NCBI GenBank assembly: GCA_043811375.1 | Contig: JBDRNJ010000039.1 | Span: 64,001-128,000, forward strand | Direction of reading: 5' to 3' | Source of the DNA: a bacterium | Lineage (GTDB): Bacteria; Zixibacteria; MSB-5A5; GN15; FEB-12 | Length of the DNA stretch: 64,000 bases | Shown here: positions 49,601 to 57,369 of the stretch, piece after piece | How positions within the stretch are numbered: position 1 is the stretch's first letter | How the letters are laid out: each line of letters opens with the position of its first letter | Made by a program: the position numbers and the translations under genes | Notes under the pieces: model-generated | The model's input: only the letters and a program-made list of their open reading frames with translations | Told to the model about the DNA's origin: nothing | Databases searched by the model: none

Positions 49601-50611
49601 TCGGTCGAGTGCGTACCGGCAGTACCGACCTACTGTGCCGGCAGCGGCGGCTGTGATGAGTACATTGAAAACGTCACTTTCGAGACCATCAACAACACCA
49701 CCGGTTGTGACATGTACGGTAACTATACCGCGCTGTCCGCGACGGTAGAAGCCGGTAACAGTTACCCGATCACAATCACGGTCGGTGGCGGTTACAGTTC
49801 CGACACCAGTAACGTCTATGTTGACTGGAACCAGGATCTGGACTTTGATGATCCCGGTGAGGTAGCCAGCTTGAATCCGGGTGCGGGCTATGGACCGTAT
49901 TCCGGCAGTGTTACCGTGCCGGGTGATGCGCTTCCCGGCGATACCCGGATGCGTGTCCGGTTGTCCTGGAATACCGACCCGGTACCATGCGGCACGCAGT
50001 CCTACGGTGAGGTCGAGGACTACACTGTTACGGTCGGCGGCGAACCGGCAATCACCTACCTGTTCGAGCCGGATCCCGTTTTGGTGGCGCAGAAGTTCAT
50101 AATCGTTCCGATGTCCGGTTTCATCTACCTGAGCGGCGATGCTGTTGGTGGTGATGTCAATGATATGACCAACATCTCGTTGGAAGTCGGTGGCTGTGCT
50201 GTCGCGATAGCGGCGACTGAAATCATCCCCGGCGGCTATGGTGAACTGACGGGTGATGTCATGAAATTGACGTTCGGCATCAAAGAGTACATTGTGTGCG
50301 AGGAGGGCGGCGCCCTGATCTGGAATGAGATCGAATCCTTCTTCGATGTCAACTACGATCTCAGCAGCGTGCCAGGTCAGATGACCGGTCAGGTAACCAT
50401 GATCGGCCACACCTCCGGCGACCTCGACCTGAGCGGTGCGGTCGACGTGGGCGATCTGACCTTCATGGTGGCCTGGTTGTTCACTGGCGGCGATGCACCT
50501 CTGGTTCCTGAGGTGGGCGATGTTGACGCCAATGGGGGCACCGATGTTGGTGATTTGACCTACCTGGTCGGTTACCTGTTCACCGGTGGTTCGGCTCCAA
50601 CGCATAAGTAA
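46625..50611 (+). CDS. Large modular secreted protein (choice-of-anchor-J-like domain, Cys-rich repeats, GEVED domain, C-terminal dockerin-like domain)
   Basis: Signal peptide; LLTEDFE...WLLSPSI; repeated NDDC/GDNC modules; VDWNQD...MRVR...GEVEDY; twin GDxDxxGxxDVGDLTxxVxxLFTGG. Confidence 0.85.
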   Translation: MGKLKKRIPTMVLALSALILFVVALSFATTEDQKEDYVQQQNAVRSTSPAGSLDPDVAAKLAMEAEIQAKIEAEQESGGEDPPPVKAAYSTKDNKIGISSIAGHPVLKRDPGSVLLTEDFELETFPPASWDTTNTDPGYGFFRGSWTGGGTYAAMVTWHASGYQQDEWLLSPSINVSAASSDLKLEFWMLKGYSWPHDFKVYVDDGSGMTEIWDSYDVAYPDFAWYAVAIDLSSYAGGSDIKLGFQYYGEDADLFGLDDINVNDDAPQVGRCCYGDPGAPDCADNLQTECDALSGTWTAGLNCTDPCPVAGANDDCNSVTPDALPATWVGNNEGATFDTYCQWFGDYPNVWHAFTITECMDITIDYCGTAAGWGNGWLNLVTDCDCPDGTLLSYSGYDFNCANGNPQIYFSGLEAGTYYYPVMLDPGNGAVGDYELYVYGVPCPPAPENDDCASAEEIGDVTDQPFSTTTATNDGAGYTTGPNLWYCYTATCTGDATVSLCGSSYDTKVAAYDGCSCDPLGTLLASNDDFCSMQSEITFSVTEGNQYLIEVGGYGSASGDGLLSISCEVTGPAEPGDNCSDPIKVEIPSLPWCDNGQTTCGRGNSYEDPSDAICMGYYTNGEDIFYEIVVTTAVTVNFHLDPKGTSYSGMGLFTSCPPTLTNCIDHVTSSSSSPKSMTCVSLDPGTYYLMIDTWSTPFCIPDFDLCIVDTTCESLGNDDCADATEIGEVVDLAFSTSSATNDGGGSCQYAPNIWYCYTATQTGNAVISLCGSGYDTRMAVYDGCTCGPLGTELGCNDDACGLQSEVTIPVVTGNSYLVEVGGYSSNTGDGILNISVEQPCDIVCSGTAEGEPCIGNDEEDVTNGGCNSDPPVFGSIACDETVCGQWNTYLYASSNYRDTDWYKFTLTQFSDVTITAVGEFPIVTGFLEQVVPGGGWDCTNFTGYISPYLTADECDTIVVQQLAMAPGDYAIFVGGQVYTGFGCAQGTFEYSISVECVPAVPTYCAGSGGCDEYIENVTFETINNTTGCDMYGNYTALSATVEAGNSYPITITVGGGYSSDTSNVYVDWNQDLDFDDPGEVASLNPGAGYGPYSGSVTVPGDALPGDTRMRVRLSWNTDPVPCGTQSYGEVEDYTVTVGGEPAITYLFEPDPVLVAQKFIIVPMSGFIYLSGDAVGGDVNDMTNISLEVGGCAVAIAATEIIPGGYGELTGDVMKLTFGIKEYIVCEEGGALIWNEIESFFDVNYDLSSVPGQMTGQVTMIGHTSGDLDLSGAVDVGDLTFMVAWLFTGGDAPLVPEVGDVDANGGTDVGDLTYLVGYLFTGGSAPTHK

Positions 50612-50633
50612 TCGACAACGCTTCCGAACAAAC

Positions 50634-50666
50634 AACCCGCCGGTCATTAGATCGGCGGGTTTTCTT
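50634..50666 (+). terminator. Rho-independent terminator between convergent genes
   Basis: AACCCGCCGGTC-atta-GATCGGCGGGTT followed by TTCTT. Confidence 0.75.
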
Positions 50667-50707
50667 ATGGGTTTGCAGGCGCCGGTATAACGGTTGCTCT
50701 GTTTAGA

Positions 50708-51556
50708 CTACGACTGATACGGGTGCAATAGACGTCTGATCAACGCCGAAGCCAGATATGTGATGCTGGCCAGTATGATCACGGTCGCCCCGGGCGGAAG
50801 ATTGTAACTGTAGCTAAGACCCAGGCCGACAGTGGTAAAGGCGGCACAGAGCCCGGTTGCCAGCAGCATTGTTCGTCTCATGGTACGGCAGAAATGTCCG
50901 GCCACAGCAGCCGGAATAGTCAGCAGTGCGATCACCATTACGATCCCCACTACCGTTACCAGAATGACCACCGTCAGCGCCGTTATGGTAAGCAGCAGCA
51001 AATAAAACAGCCCGACCCTGATGCCGCGCACCTGCGCGAATTCCTCATCAAAGCTGACGGCCACCAGTTGACGGTAAAACAGCAACCCTACCGCAAGAAC
51101 CAGCAGGTCCAGACCCACTATGAGCCAGAGGTCGCCGGTGGTAACCAGCAGGATATTACCGAACAGGTAGCTCATCAAATCCTGGTTATAACCGGGAGTG
51201 GCGGCGATGAAGATAATACCGACGGCCATGCCCACGGCCCAGAGGGTGCCGATTACCGTGTCTTCTCTCTCGTGAGCCCGTCGGTTTACCAGCGTCATGG
51301 CAACCGCTGCCAGCAGTGCCGCCGCTACCGCTCCGTGAGTCGGATGCAGACCGGTCATGCCGTGCACGTGCGCCAGGTAGTACGCCAGGCCCATGCCGCC
51401 CAGGACACTGTGAGCGATACCTCCCACCAGGTAGGTGATCCGACGGGTGACGACATAGGTACCGACCACGCCGCAGGCTACACTGGCCAGCAACCCGGTC
51501 AGCACGGCGTTGAGCATAAAGCCGTGGTGAGCCAGGGCGTAAAAAAACTCGATCAC
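50708..51556 (-). CDS. znuB: Zn/Mn ABC transporter permease
   Basis: GIAHSVLGG, EDTVIG, YLFGNIL, FDEEFA, VGIVMVIALLTIPA. Confidence 0.9.
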   Translation of the reverse strand: MIEFFYALAHHGFMLNAVLTGLLASVACGVVGTYVVTRRITYLVGGIAHSVLGGMGLAYYLAHVHGMTGLHPTHGAVAAALLAAVAMTLVNRRAHEREDTVIGTLWAVGMAVGIIFIAATPGYNQDLMSYLFGNILLVTTGDLWLIVGLDLLVLAVGLLFYRQLVAVSFDEEFAQVRGIRVGLFYLLLLTITALTVVILVTVVGIVMVIALLTIPAAVAGHFCRTMRRTMLLATGLCAAFTTVGLGLSYSYNLPPGATVIILASITYLASALIRRLLHPYQS

Positions 51557-52308
51557 CGGTTCTCCTCGTGGGAGTTGTGCCGGTCGTGCCGTACCAGTCG
51601 AACCTGGCGACCATACAACTCAGCCATGATATCTTCTTCCATGGCGCTGGTGGGGTGAACGGCGACCGATCGATTGACACAAACCACCCGCTTTACGAAC
51701 TGGGAGACAAAAGCCGGGTCGTGCGATACCATAACGATGGTCAGACGTTGGTTAAGCCGACGCAGCAGTTCAAACAGTTCCTGTTCAACGGCCAGGTCCA
51801 GGTTGGCCGTCGGCTCGTCCAGCAACAATATTTCCGGCTCGGCCACCAGCGCCCGGGCTATCAGCAGTCGTCGCTGTTGCCCGCCCGAGAGGCTGGAAAA
51901 CACCTGATGTCGCTGTTCCCACAGGTCAACTTCGTGTAGTACTCGATCGACGATTTCGCGGTCGCGGCGTCGTTGCGCTCCCCAGCGGGGCAGGTTGCCC
52001 AGGCGGCCCATGAGGACGATGTCCGACACATCGGCGGGAAACTGCTGATCCAGCCGTATCTGCTGCGGCATGTATCCCAGGCGGGGGCGCACCCGCCGGG
52101 GAGACTGCCCCAGTACCCGTACCGTACCGCGACTCGGCCTGACCAGTCCCAGGATAAGTTTCAACAGCGTTGTCTTGCCGCCGCCGTTGGGCCCCACCAC
52201 CCAGACAAACTCCCGTTCGGATATGGTCAGGTTAACGTCCGTCAGCACCGGTGAACTGTCATAACCGAAATCAACACCGCTTAAGGCTATCACCGGCCGG
52301 TCTTTCAC
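51553..52308 (-). CDS. znuC: Zn/Mn ABC transporter ATPase
   Basis: GPNGGGKTT, GYMPQ, LSGGQQRR, LLDEPT, VSHD; His-rich tail. Confidence 0.9.
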   Translation of the reverse strand: MKDRPVIALSGVDFGYDSSPVLTDVNLTISEREFVWVVGPNGGGKTTLLKLILGLVRPSRGTVRVLGQSPRRVRPRLGYMPQQIRLDQQFPADVSDIVLMGRLGNLPRWGAQRRRDREIVDRVLHEVDLWEQRHQVFSSLSGGQQRRLLIARALVAEPEILLLDEPTANLDLAVEQELFELLRRLNQRLTIVMVSHDPAFVSQFVKRVVCVNRSVAVHPTSAMEEDIMAELYGRQVRLVRHDRHNSHEENR

Positions 52309-52378
52309 CGTTTCCGTCCTTTCGTTTCGTTATCGTTTGATTCCACCCGGTGTGAATTGCAACGACATTGATGCCAAC

Positions 52379-53269
52379 TTACCCGGCACGTCCGGTCAAC
52401 CCTTGTGATATTTTGTGTGCCATATCCCGCAGGTTGTTCAGGTAGTCTTGCGCCAGAGGGTCCAGCAATACCACCTGGCCACCGATGGCGGTTGCGATCG
52501 CTTCTGCCCCTGAGGACGAAAACTGGGCCTGCACGAAAATGATTTTGACGCTGTCCTGCCGGGCTTGTTCCACCAAAGCCGTCAATTGTCGACCGCCGGG
52601 CTCCTTGCCGGCTTGCTCAACCGCCACCTGTTGCAAACCGTATGCGTCGGCAAAATATCCGTAAGAAGGATGAAAAACATAAAACCTGCTGTCTCGCCAC
52701 GGCGCCAACAATCGGGCTATCTCGGCATCGATGCTGTCCAGATCAGCTTCGAAAGCAGCCAGGTTCCCACGATATATCAGGGCATGGGCCGAATCGAGTC
52801 GGCACAGTTGATCGCAAATGGTAGCCGCCTGAATCTTGACCAGTTGCGGGTCTAACCAGATATGGGGATCGGTACCATGGTGATGATGATCGTGGTGATC
52901 GTCAGCCATGACACGAAGTTCGATACCGCGCCGGGTGTCGATCACCGGCAAATCGGGGAAACCCGCAATGATTTTATCCACTAAGCGTTGTTCGAAAGGA
53001 ACACCGATACGGAAATAGGTGTCGGCCTGCGAAAGTCGAGCCACCTTCCGGGGAGTAAGGTCCAGTGTCGCCGGCGATTGACCCGGCCCGACCAGTACCT
53101 CGACATCCACCAGGTCTCCGCCCACACGTTCGACAAAATATACCTGCGGCAGGATGCTTACAAACAGGTTGAGCCGGGCGCCCTTTTCCCGACTCTCCTC
53201 AGCCTCAGTTATCAGCCCCGCTGACGATAGAGCCAGCAGCAATACCAGGTACCATCGCCTTCGTGTCAT
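52379..53269 (-). CDS. znuA: Zn ABC transporter substrate-binding protein
   Basis: VSILPQ, His-rich loop DDHHDHHHHG, DPHIWLDP, FHPSYGYF, LDPL; start set at MTRRRW. Confidence 0.88.
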   Translation of the reverse strand: MTRRRWYLVLLLALSSAGLITEAEESREKGARLNLFVSILPQVYFVERVGGDLVDVEVLVGPGQSPATLDLTPRKVARLSQADTYFRIGVPFEQRLVDKIIAGFPDLPVIDTRRGIELRVMADDHHDHHHHGTDPHIWLDPQLVKIQAATICDQLCRLDSAHALIYRGNLAAFEADLDSIDAEIARLLAPWRDSRFYVFHPSYGYFADAYGLQQVAVEQAGKEPGGRQLTALVEQARQDSVKIIFVQAQFSSSGAEAIATAIGGQVVLLDPLAQDYLNNLRDMAHKISQGLTGRAG

Positions 53270-53315
53270 AAATCGATAGCTCCTCGGCTGTAATGGATAG
53301 CGACCACCAGCCATC

Positions 53316-53594
53316 TTATGGGTGCCTTCCCCTGCCTGCCGGTTTCTTGGTGCAAACCAGGTGAAACTCATGGCAGCCCCGACACTCCTGCAATGAATGA
53401 TCCCGGGCAAAACGGTCCCAGTGACGCATCTGGTTAATGGTCAATGTCCCGTTACCGCGACATAAAGGGCAAACATTCTCCAGAGCCGCGAATACCGCCT
53501 GTCGTATGAAACGCGAGCGGTTCTCTATCCCCTTAAACGCTGCCAGCAGCGATTCATCTGCCTTGAAAGTAATGATCTCAGATTTTTTGCTCAT
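53316..53594 (-). CDS. Ribbon-helix-helix (CopG-like) regulator with Cys/His-rich C-terminal domain
   Basis: IITFKADESL...NRSRFIRQAV (RHH pattern), then CPLC...H...H..ECRGCHEFHLVC; first gene of the znu operon. Confidence 0.75.
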   Translation of the reverse strand: MSKKSEIITFKADESLLAAFKGIENRSRFIRQAVFAALENVCPLCRGNGTLTINQMRHWDRFARDHSLQECRGCHEFHLVCTKKPAGRGRHP

Positions 53595-53670
53595 ACGAAG
53601 CCAACCCGGATTTCATTTGATCCCGTCCCGGTAGTACGCTGATGGATCCTCAACTCACATCCCGAGGTCA

Positions 53671-53698
53671 AGTAATACGTTGTATTACTGATTGTCAA
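53671..53698 (-). promoter_or_regulatory. Promoter with palindromic operator for the RHH-znu operon
   Basis: Minus-strand TTGACA 53698-53693 next to the perfect inverted repeat AGTAATAC-gtt-GTATTACT 53671-53689. Confidence 0.65.
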
Positions 53699-53946
53699 GA
53701 CCAACCGTTGATTTTTGCCGGGCCGGTCCACTGTGGGGGCGCTCCTATACTTTATGGGCCGGCAGGTACGGTTAACGGCAGTTTTCCCGTGGTGGAGGGT
53801 TCTCCTCTCTGGTATGATAACAGTCCCAACGGTCACGTTACCGGGTGTTGTTCAATATGTTACCGGGCGGTGGCGGGTAAAATCAAGATATGTGGGCTGG
53901 TGGCATGGGGTTTACACTACCGGCAGCAAACAAAAAGGTGAAGAGC

Positions 53947-54312
53947 ATGAAAAAAAGAAAATTCGTCGATCAATCCGGCCTGACTCTGCTGGAAGTGCTG
54001 ATAGCCATGCTGATCATGAGCATCGCGTTATTGCTGTTGCTCAATATGGCTATGGTGGCGCTGGACGGCAATGACTGGTCCAACAAAACCACAATTGCCA
54101 CCCAGTTAATGCAGGAAAAGCTCGAGCAATTGCGCAACAGTAGCAGCCCGGCCAGTGGAGCCGATACCACCCTGGCAGTAAGCCGTAGGTGGGTGGTGAG
54201 CAATGCCGGCAGTCACCTGCGCCAGGTAGATATCTACGCTACCTGGGAGGATATCTCGGCCAACTGGGTTACCGACTCACTGTCAACCTTCATCAAAACC
54301 AATTCTCTATAG
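53947..54312 (+). CDS. Type IV minor pilin, PilV-like
   Basis: Class III signal SG/LTLLEVLIAMLI. Confidence 0.85.
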   Translation: MKKRKFVDQSGLTLLEVLIAMLIMSIALLLLLNMAMVALDGNDWSNKTTIATQLMQEKLEQLRNSSSPASGADTTLAVSRRWVVSNAGSHLRQVDIYATWEDISANWVTDSLSTFIKTNSL

Positions 54313-54320
54313 GTGCCGAC

Positions 54321-55151
54321 ATGAACAAATGGATCAAGAAAGCCAAAAGCCGGGGAGGTACGACCTTCCTTGAGGTAATGATAGCCCTGTTGATCATGAG
54401 CGTCATCACCGCGGCTATTTTCAACCTGTACGTTACCCAGCACAAGAACTACATGACCCAGGATGACATCACCAATATCCAGCAGAACGTGCGGGCCTCG
54501 ATCGATGAGATGTCCCGGCATATCCGGATGGCCGGCTACGACCTGCCGCTGGGCTTTCCGGCTATCACGGCGTCCAACACCAACCCGGATACGATCTGCA
54601 TTACCTACCTTCACAACGGCTGCGACACTTACCTGAGTGCTCCGATGCCTCAGCCATCGGCGGAGCTGAAGTGCGCCACCGATATATCGTGCTTCAATGA
54701 CGGCCAGTGGGTGTACATTTATGATCCGGATTCGGCCGTGGGTGAGTGGTTTGAGATAACTCACGTTCAGGCGGCGGCCTTTCACATTCAGCACAACACG
54801 ATGGTGCTCAGTCGCAAGTACCAGGCCAACGCCCTGATCCTGGCCATGTCACAGGTGAAATTCTTTATCGACAGCACGTCCAATCCCGACCACCCCAATC
54901 TGATGCTTCAGATCATGGGCCAGACGCCGCAAGTGTTTGCCGAAGACATCACCGATCTGCAGTTTAGATACACGATGAAAAACGGTGCCGTCGTTGACGT
55001 ACCGGCGGTGGCTGACAACATAAGAGAAGTAGCCATCGTTGTGACGGGAAGGTCGCAAAATCGTGATGTTGAACTGGCTGATCATCCTGAGGACCAGTAT
55101 CGCCAGAGAACATTTTCGACATCGGTCTTTCTGAGAAACGTCGGTATCTGA
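54321..55151 (+). CDS. Type IV minor pilin, PilW-like
   Basis: GG/TTFLEVMIALLI, QQNVRAS...IRMAGY, C-terminal VFLRN. Confidence 0.85.
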   Translation: MNKWIKKAKSRGGTTFLEVMIALLIMSVITAAIFNLYVTQHKNYMTQDDITNIQQNVRASIDEMSRHIRMAGYDLPLGFPAITASNTNPDTICITYLHNGCDTYLSAPMPQPSAELKCATDISCFNDGQWVYIYDPDSAVGEWFEITHVQAAAFHIQHNTMVLSRKYQANALILAMSQVKFFIDSTSNPDHPNLMLQIMGQTPQVFAEDITDLQFRYTMKNGAVVDVPAVADNIREVAIVVTGRSQNRDVELADHPEDQYRQRTFSTSVFLRNVGI

Positions 55152-55168
55152 CAAGGAGACAACATTCG

Positions 55169-56830
55169 ATGAAAACATCTTACATCTATTCCGAACAGGG
55201 CATGGCTACCCTGATAGCCCTGATAATGGTCGCCATGCTGACCCTTCTGGGACTGGCGGCGCTTAGCACGTCGGACGACGAGGTCAGCATTGCCGGCAAC
55301 GAGCTTCAGGAGACACGCGCCTTCTATGCGGCCGAAGCCGGACTGGAGAAAGTGGCCGCCTACATGCTTAGCCAGTTCGACTCCACGGGCGTACCACCCA
55401 CGGTCATGCCGAGCGGTAGTGATTATATAAACAACACTCATGTGACCTACGCTGCCGTCAGCGACGGCCCGGCCACCACCAAGGACCTCTCCAACGGCAC
55501 CCTGGCCGGCCTGCATGCCCTGGTGCAATCGTTTTCCATGACCGCCGCGGCCACCAATGCCGCCCAGAACACTTCCATGCAACTGGCGCAGTCTTTCGAA
55601 GCGGCGCTGGTGCCGATTTTCCAGTTTGCCGTATTCTATAACAATGATCTTGAGATCGCTCCCGGACCTGACATGACTCTCATGGGGCGAGTCCATTCCA
55701 ACGGCGATATGTGGCTCCAGGCCGGCAGCAGTCTAAAAATGGACAGTTATGTCACTGCTTCCGGTAACATCCGGCACGGTTGTATGGGAGCCGGTACAGC
55801 ATCCGGTGGGGATGTGTTGATAAAAGATGGCGGCGGCAACTATGTCTCCATGAAGGAAGGCTCCGGCTGGCTGGAATCCATCGATGGCCACTGGTACGAT
55901 TCATCGGTCGCCCGCTGGCAGGGACGGGTCCAGGATTCCACCCATGGCCAGCCGGCGTTGAACCTGCCCCTGTCAAGTACCGCCGCCGGGGATCCCCACA
56001 AGATAATTGAAGGAAAAACCGGTAACGATGATTCCTACGAGCGCAAGGCGACTCTCAAGTTTATTGATCGGACGGCTTACCGGGATGTCGCCGGCGCCTG
56101 GGTCGATGTGACCGCCGATATGGTCTCCAAGGGAATTATCACCTTTACGGACGACAAGTTCCATGACGGGCGCGAGGGTACCTGGGTCGACTGCATGGAA
56201 CTGGATGTGACAGAGCTGTATGACGAAGGTTACGGCCCGGCCAACGGTGTCATCTACTACTCCGACCAGACGTCCGATTTTCCCGCCCTGCGCCTCAACA
56301 ACGCTTCTGAACTCGATGCCGGGCTGACGGTAGCCTGTGAAAACCCGGTCTATGTGAATGGTGACTATAACAGCACGAAAAAGAAGCCGGCAGCTATACT
56401 TGGCGATGCTGTCACGTTCCTGTCCAACAGTTGGGACGACAGTAAGAGTTCGGACCCTGTCAATGATCGAGCGGCTTCCAATACGACCGCCAATGTCTGC
56501 TACCTGACCGGTAACACCGAGACTACCGCCTCCGACTACAGCGGCGGCCTTGAGAATCTACCCCGCTTTCTGGAGAAGTGGTCCGGCAAAACATTTACCT
56601 GGCTTGGCTCGGCCATCAACCTGTGGAACTCTGTGCAGGCCAACAGCCCCTGGAGCTACGGTTCATACTACACGGCGCCTATACGGGACTGGGCTTTTGA
56701 TACTGACCTTGATGACCCCAACAATATGCCGCCGGAAACGCCGATGTTGCGGGTGTTTCAGCGTATCGGCTGGCATCAGCAGCATGTCGGTTACGATGCT
56801 TCACACGGTCAGGGCGAGGTTACCTATTAA
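55169..56830 (+). CDS. PilX-like pilin with large C-terminal domain
   Basis: QG/MATLIAL (lacks Glu5, as in PilX), AFYAAEAGLE, GRVHSNG, GGLENLPRFLE. Confidence 0.8.
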   Translation: MKTSYIYSEQGMATLIALIMVAMLTLLGLAALSTSDDEVSIAGNELQETRAFYAAEAGLEKVAAYMLSQFDSTGVPPTVMPSGSDYINNTHVTYAAVSDGPATTKDLSNGTLAGLHALVQSFSMTAAATNAAQNTSMQLAQSFEAALVPIFQFAVFYNNDLEIAPGPDMTLMGRVHSNGDMWLQAGSSLKMDSYVTASGNIRHGCMGAGTASGGDVLIKDGGGNYVSMKEGSGWLESIDGHWYDSSVARWQGRVQDSTHGQPALNLPLSSTAAGDPHKIIEGKTGNDDSYERKATLKFIDRTAYRDVAGAWVDVTADMVSKGIITFTDDKFHDGREGTWVDCMELDVTELYDEGYGPANGVIYYSDQTSDFPALRLNNASELDAGLTVACENPVYVNGDYNSTKKKPAAILGDAVTFLSNSWDDSKSSDPVNDRAASNTTANVCYLTGNTETTASDYSGGLENLPRFLEKWSGKTFTWLGSAINLWNSVQANSPWSYGSYYTAPIRDWAFDTDLDDPNNMPPETPMLRVFQRIGWHQQHVGYDASHGQGEVTY

Positions 56831-56851
56831 TAACCCTGAAGTCCGAGAGAC

Positions 56852-56883
56852 AAAGACCCGCCCAACCGGGCGGGTCTTTTTTT
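56852..56883 (+). terminator. Rho-independent terminator
   Basis: AAAGACCCGCCC-aacc-GGGCGGGTCTTT followed by a T-run. Confidence 0.88.
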
Positions 56884-57009
56884 GTCAGGACAAGCAGAGC
56901 ATCCCCTCTCCCCATATCCAAGCCTTAAGTTAACAGCCCCCCTTTCAAGTAGTTACGTTTCCCAAAGAACCGCCGGAGCAACCTGGCGGCAGATTTCCTG
57001 ATTTTCTCC

Positions 57010-57041
57010 TTGACAAGGGCACAAATGTGCAGTATTATAAT
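57010..57041 (+). promoter_or_regulatory. Consensus sigma70 promoter with palindromic operator in the spacer
   Basis: TTGACA 57010-57015, 17 nt, TATTAT 57033-57038; GGCAC-AAAT-GTGCA 57018-57031. Confidence 0.7.
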
Positions 57042-57083
57042 CTCAGGCCGATAACAATGACAGTAAAAACTCAGAGAGTCAAT

Positions 57084-57332
57084 ATGGATCAATCGGAAAT
57101 AGGCAGTAATGGTATCGCTGGTGAGATATTGGCCGCTGGAGAGCCGTCGGCTGTTGGTGAGCCATTGGCTTCATTTGAAACCGGGTTGGCGTTGTCGACC
57201 GAGACCGGCAATGCCGAAACGGGCTATTGTTATCTGAACGCCGGCACCTGCCCCGACTGCGCGGCCGCCATGGTTCGATTGGGAGGCTGCTTTGCCTGCC
57301 CGTCCTGTGGTTATGAAAGTTGTGCCGGGTAA
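57084..57332 (+). CDS. Small protein with C-terminal zinc ribbon
   Basis: CPDCAAAMVRLGGCFACPSCGYESC; start set at ATG 57084 because the track start lies inside the promoter. Confidence 0.65.
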   Translation: MDQSEIGSNGIAGEILAAGEPSAVGEPLASFETGLALSTETGNAETGYCYLNAGTCPDCAAAMVRLGGCFACPSCGYESCAG

Positions 57333-57369
57333 GATGGCGGGACACTATTGAAACAGGGGGAAAGCTCTT

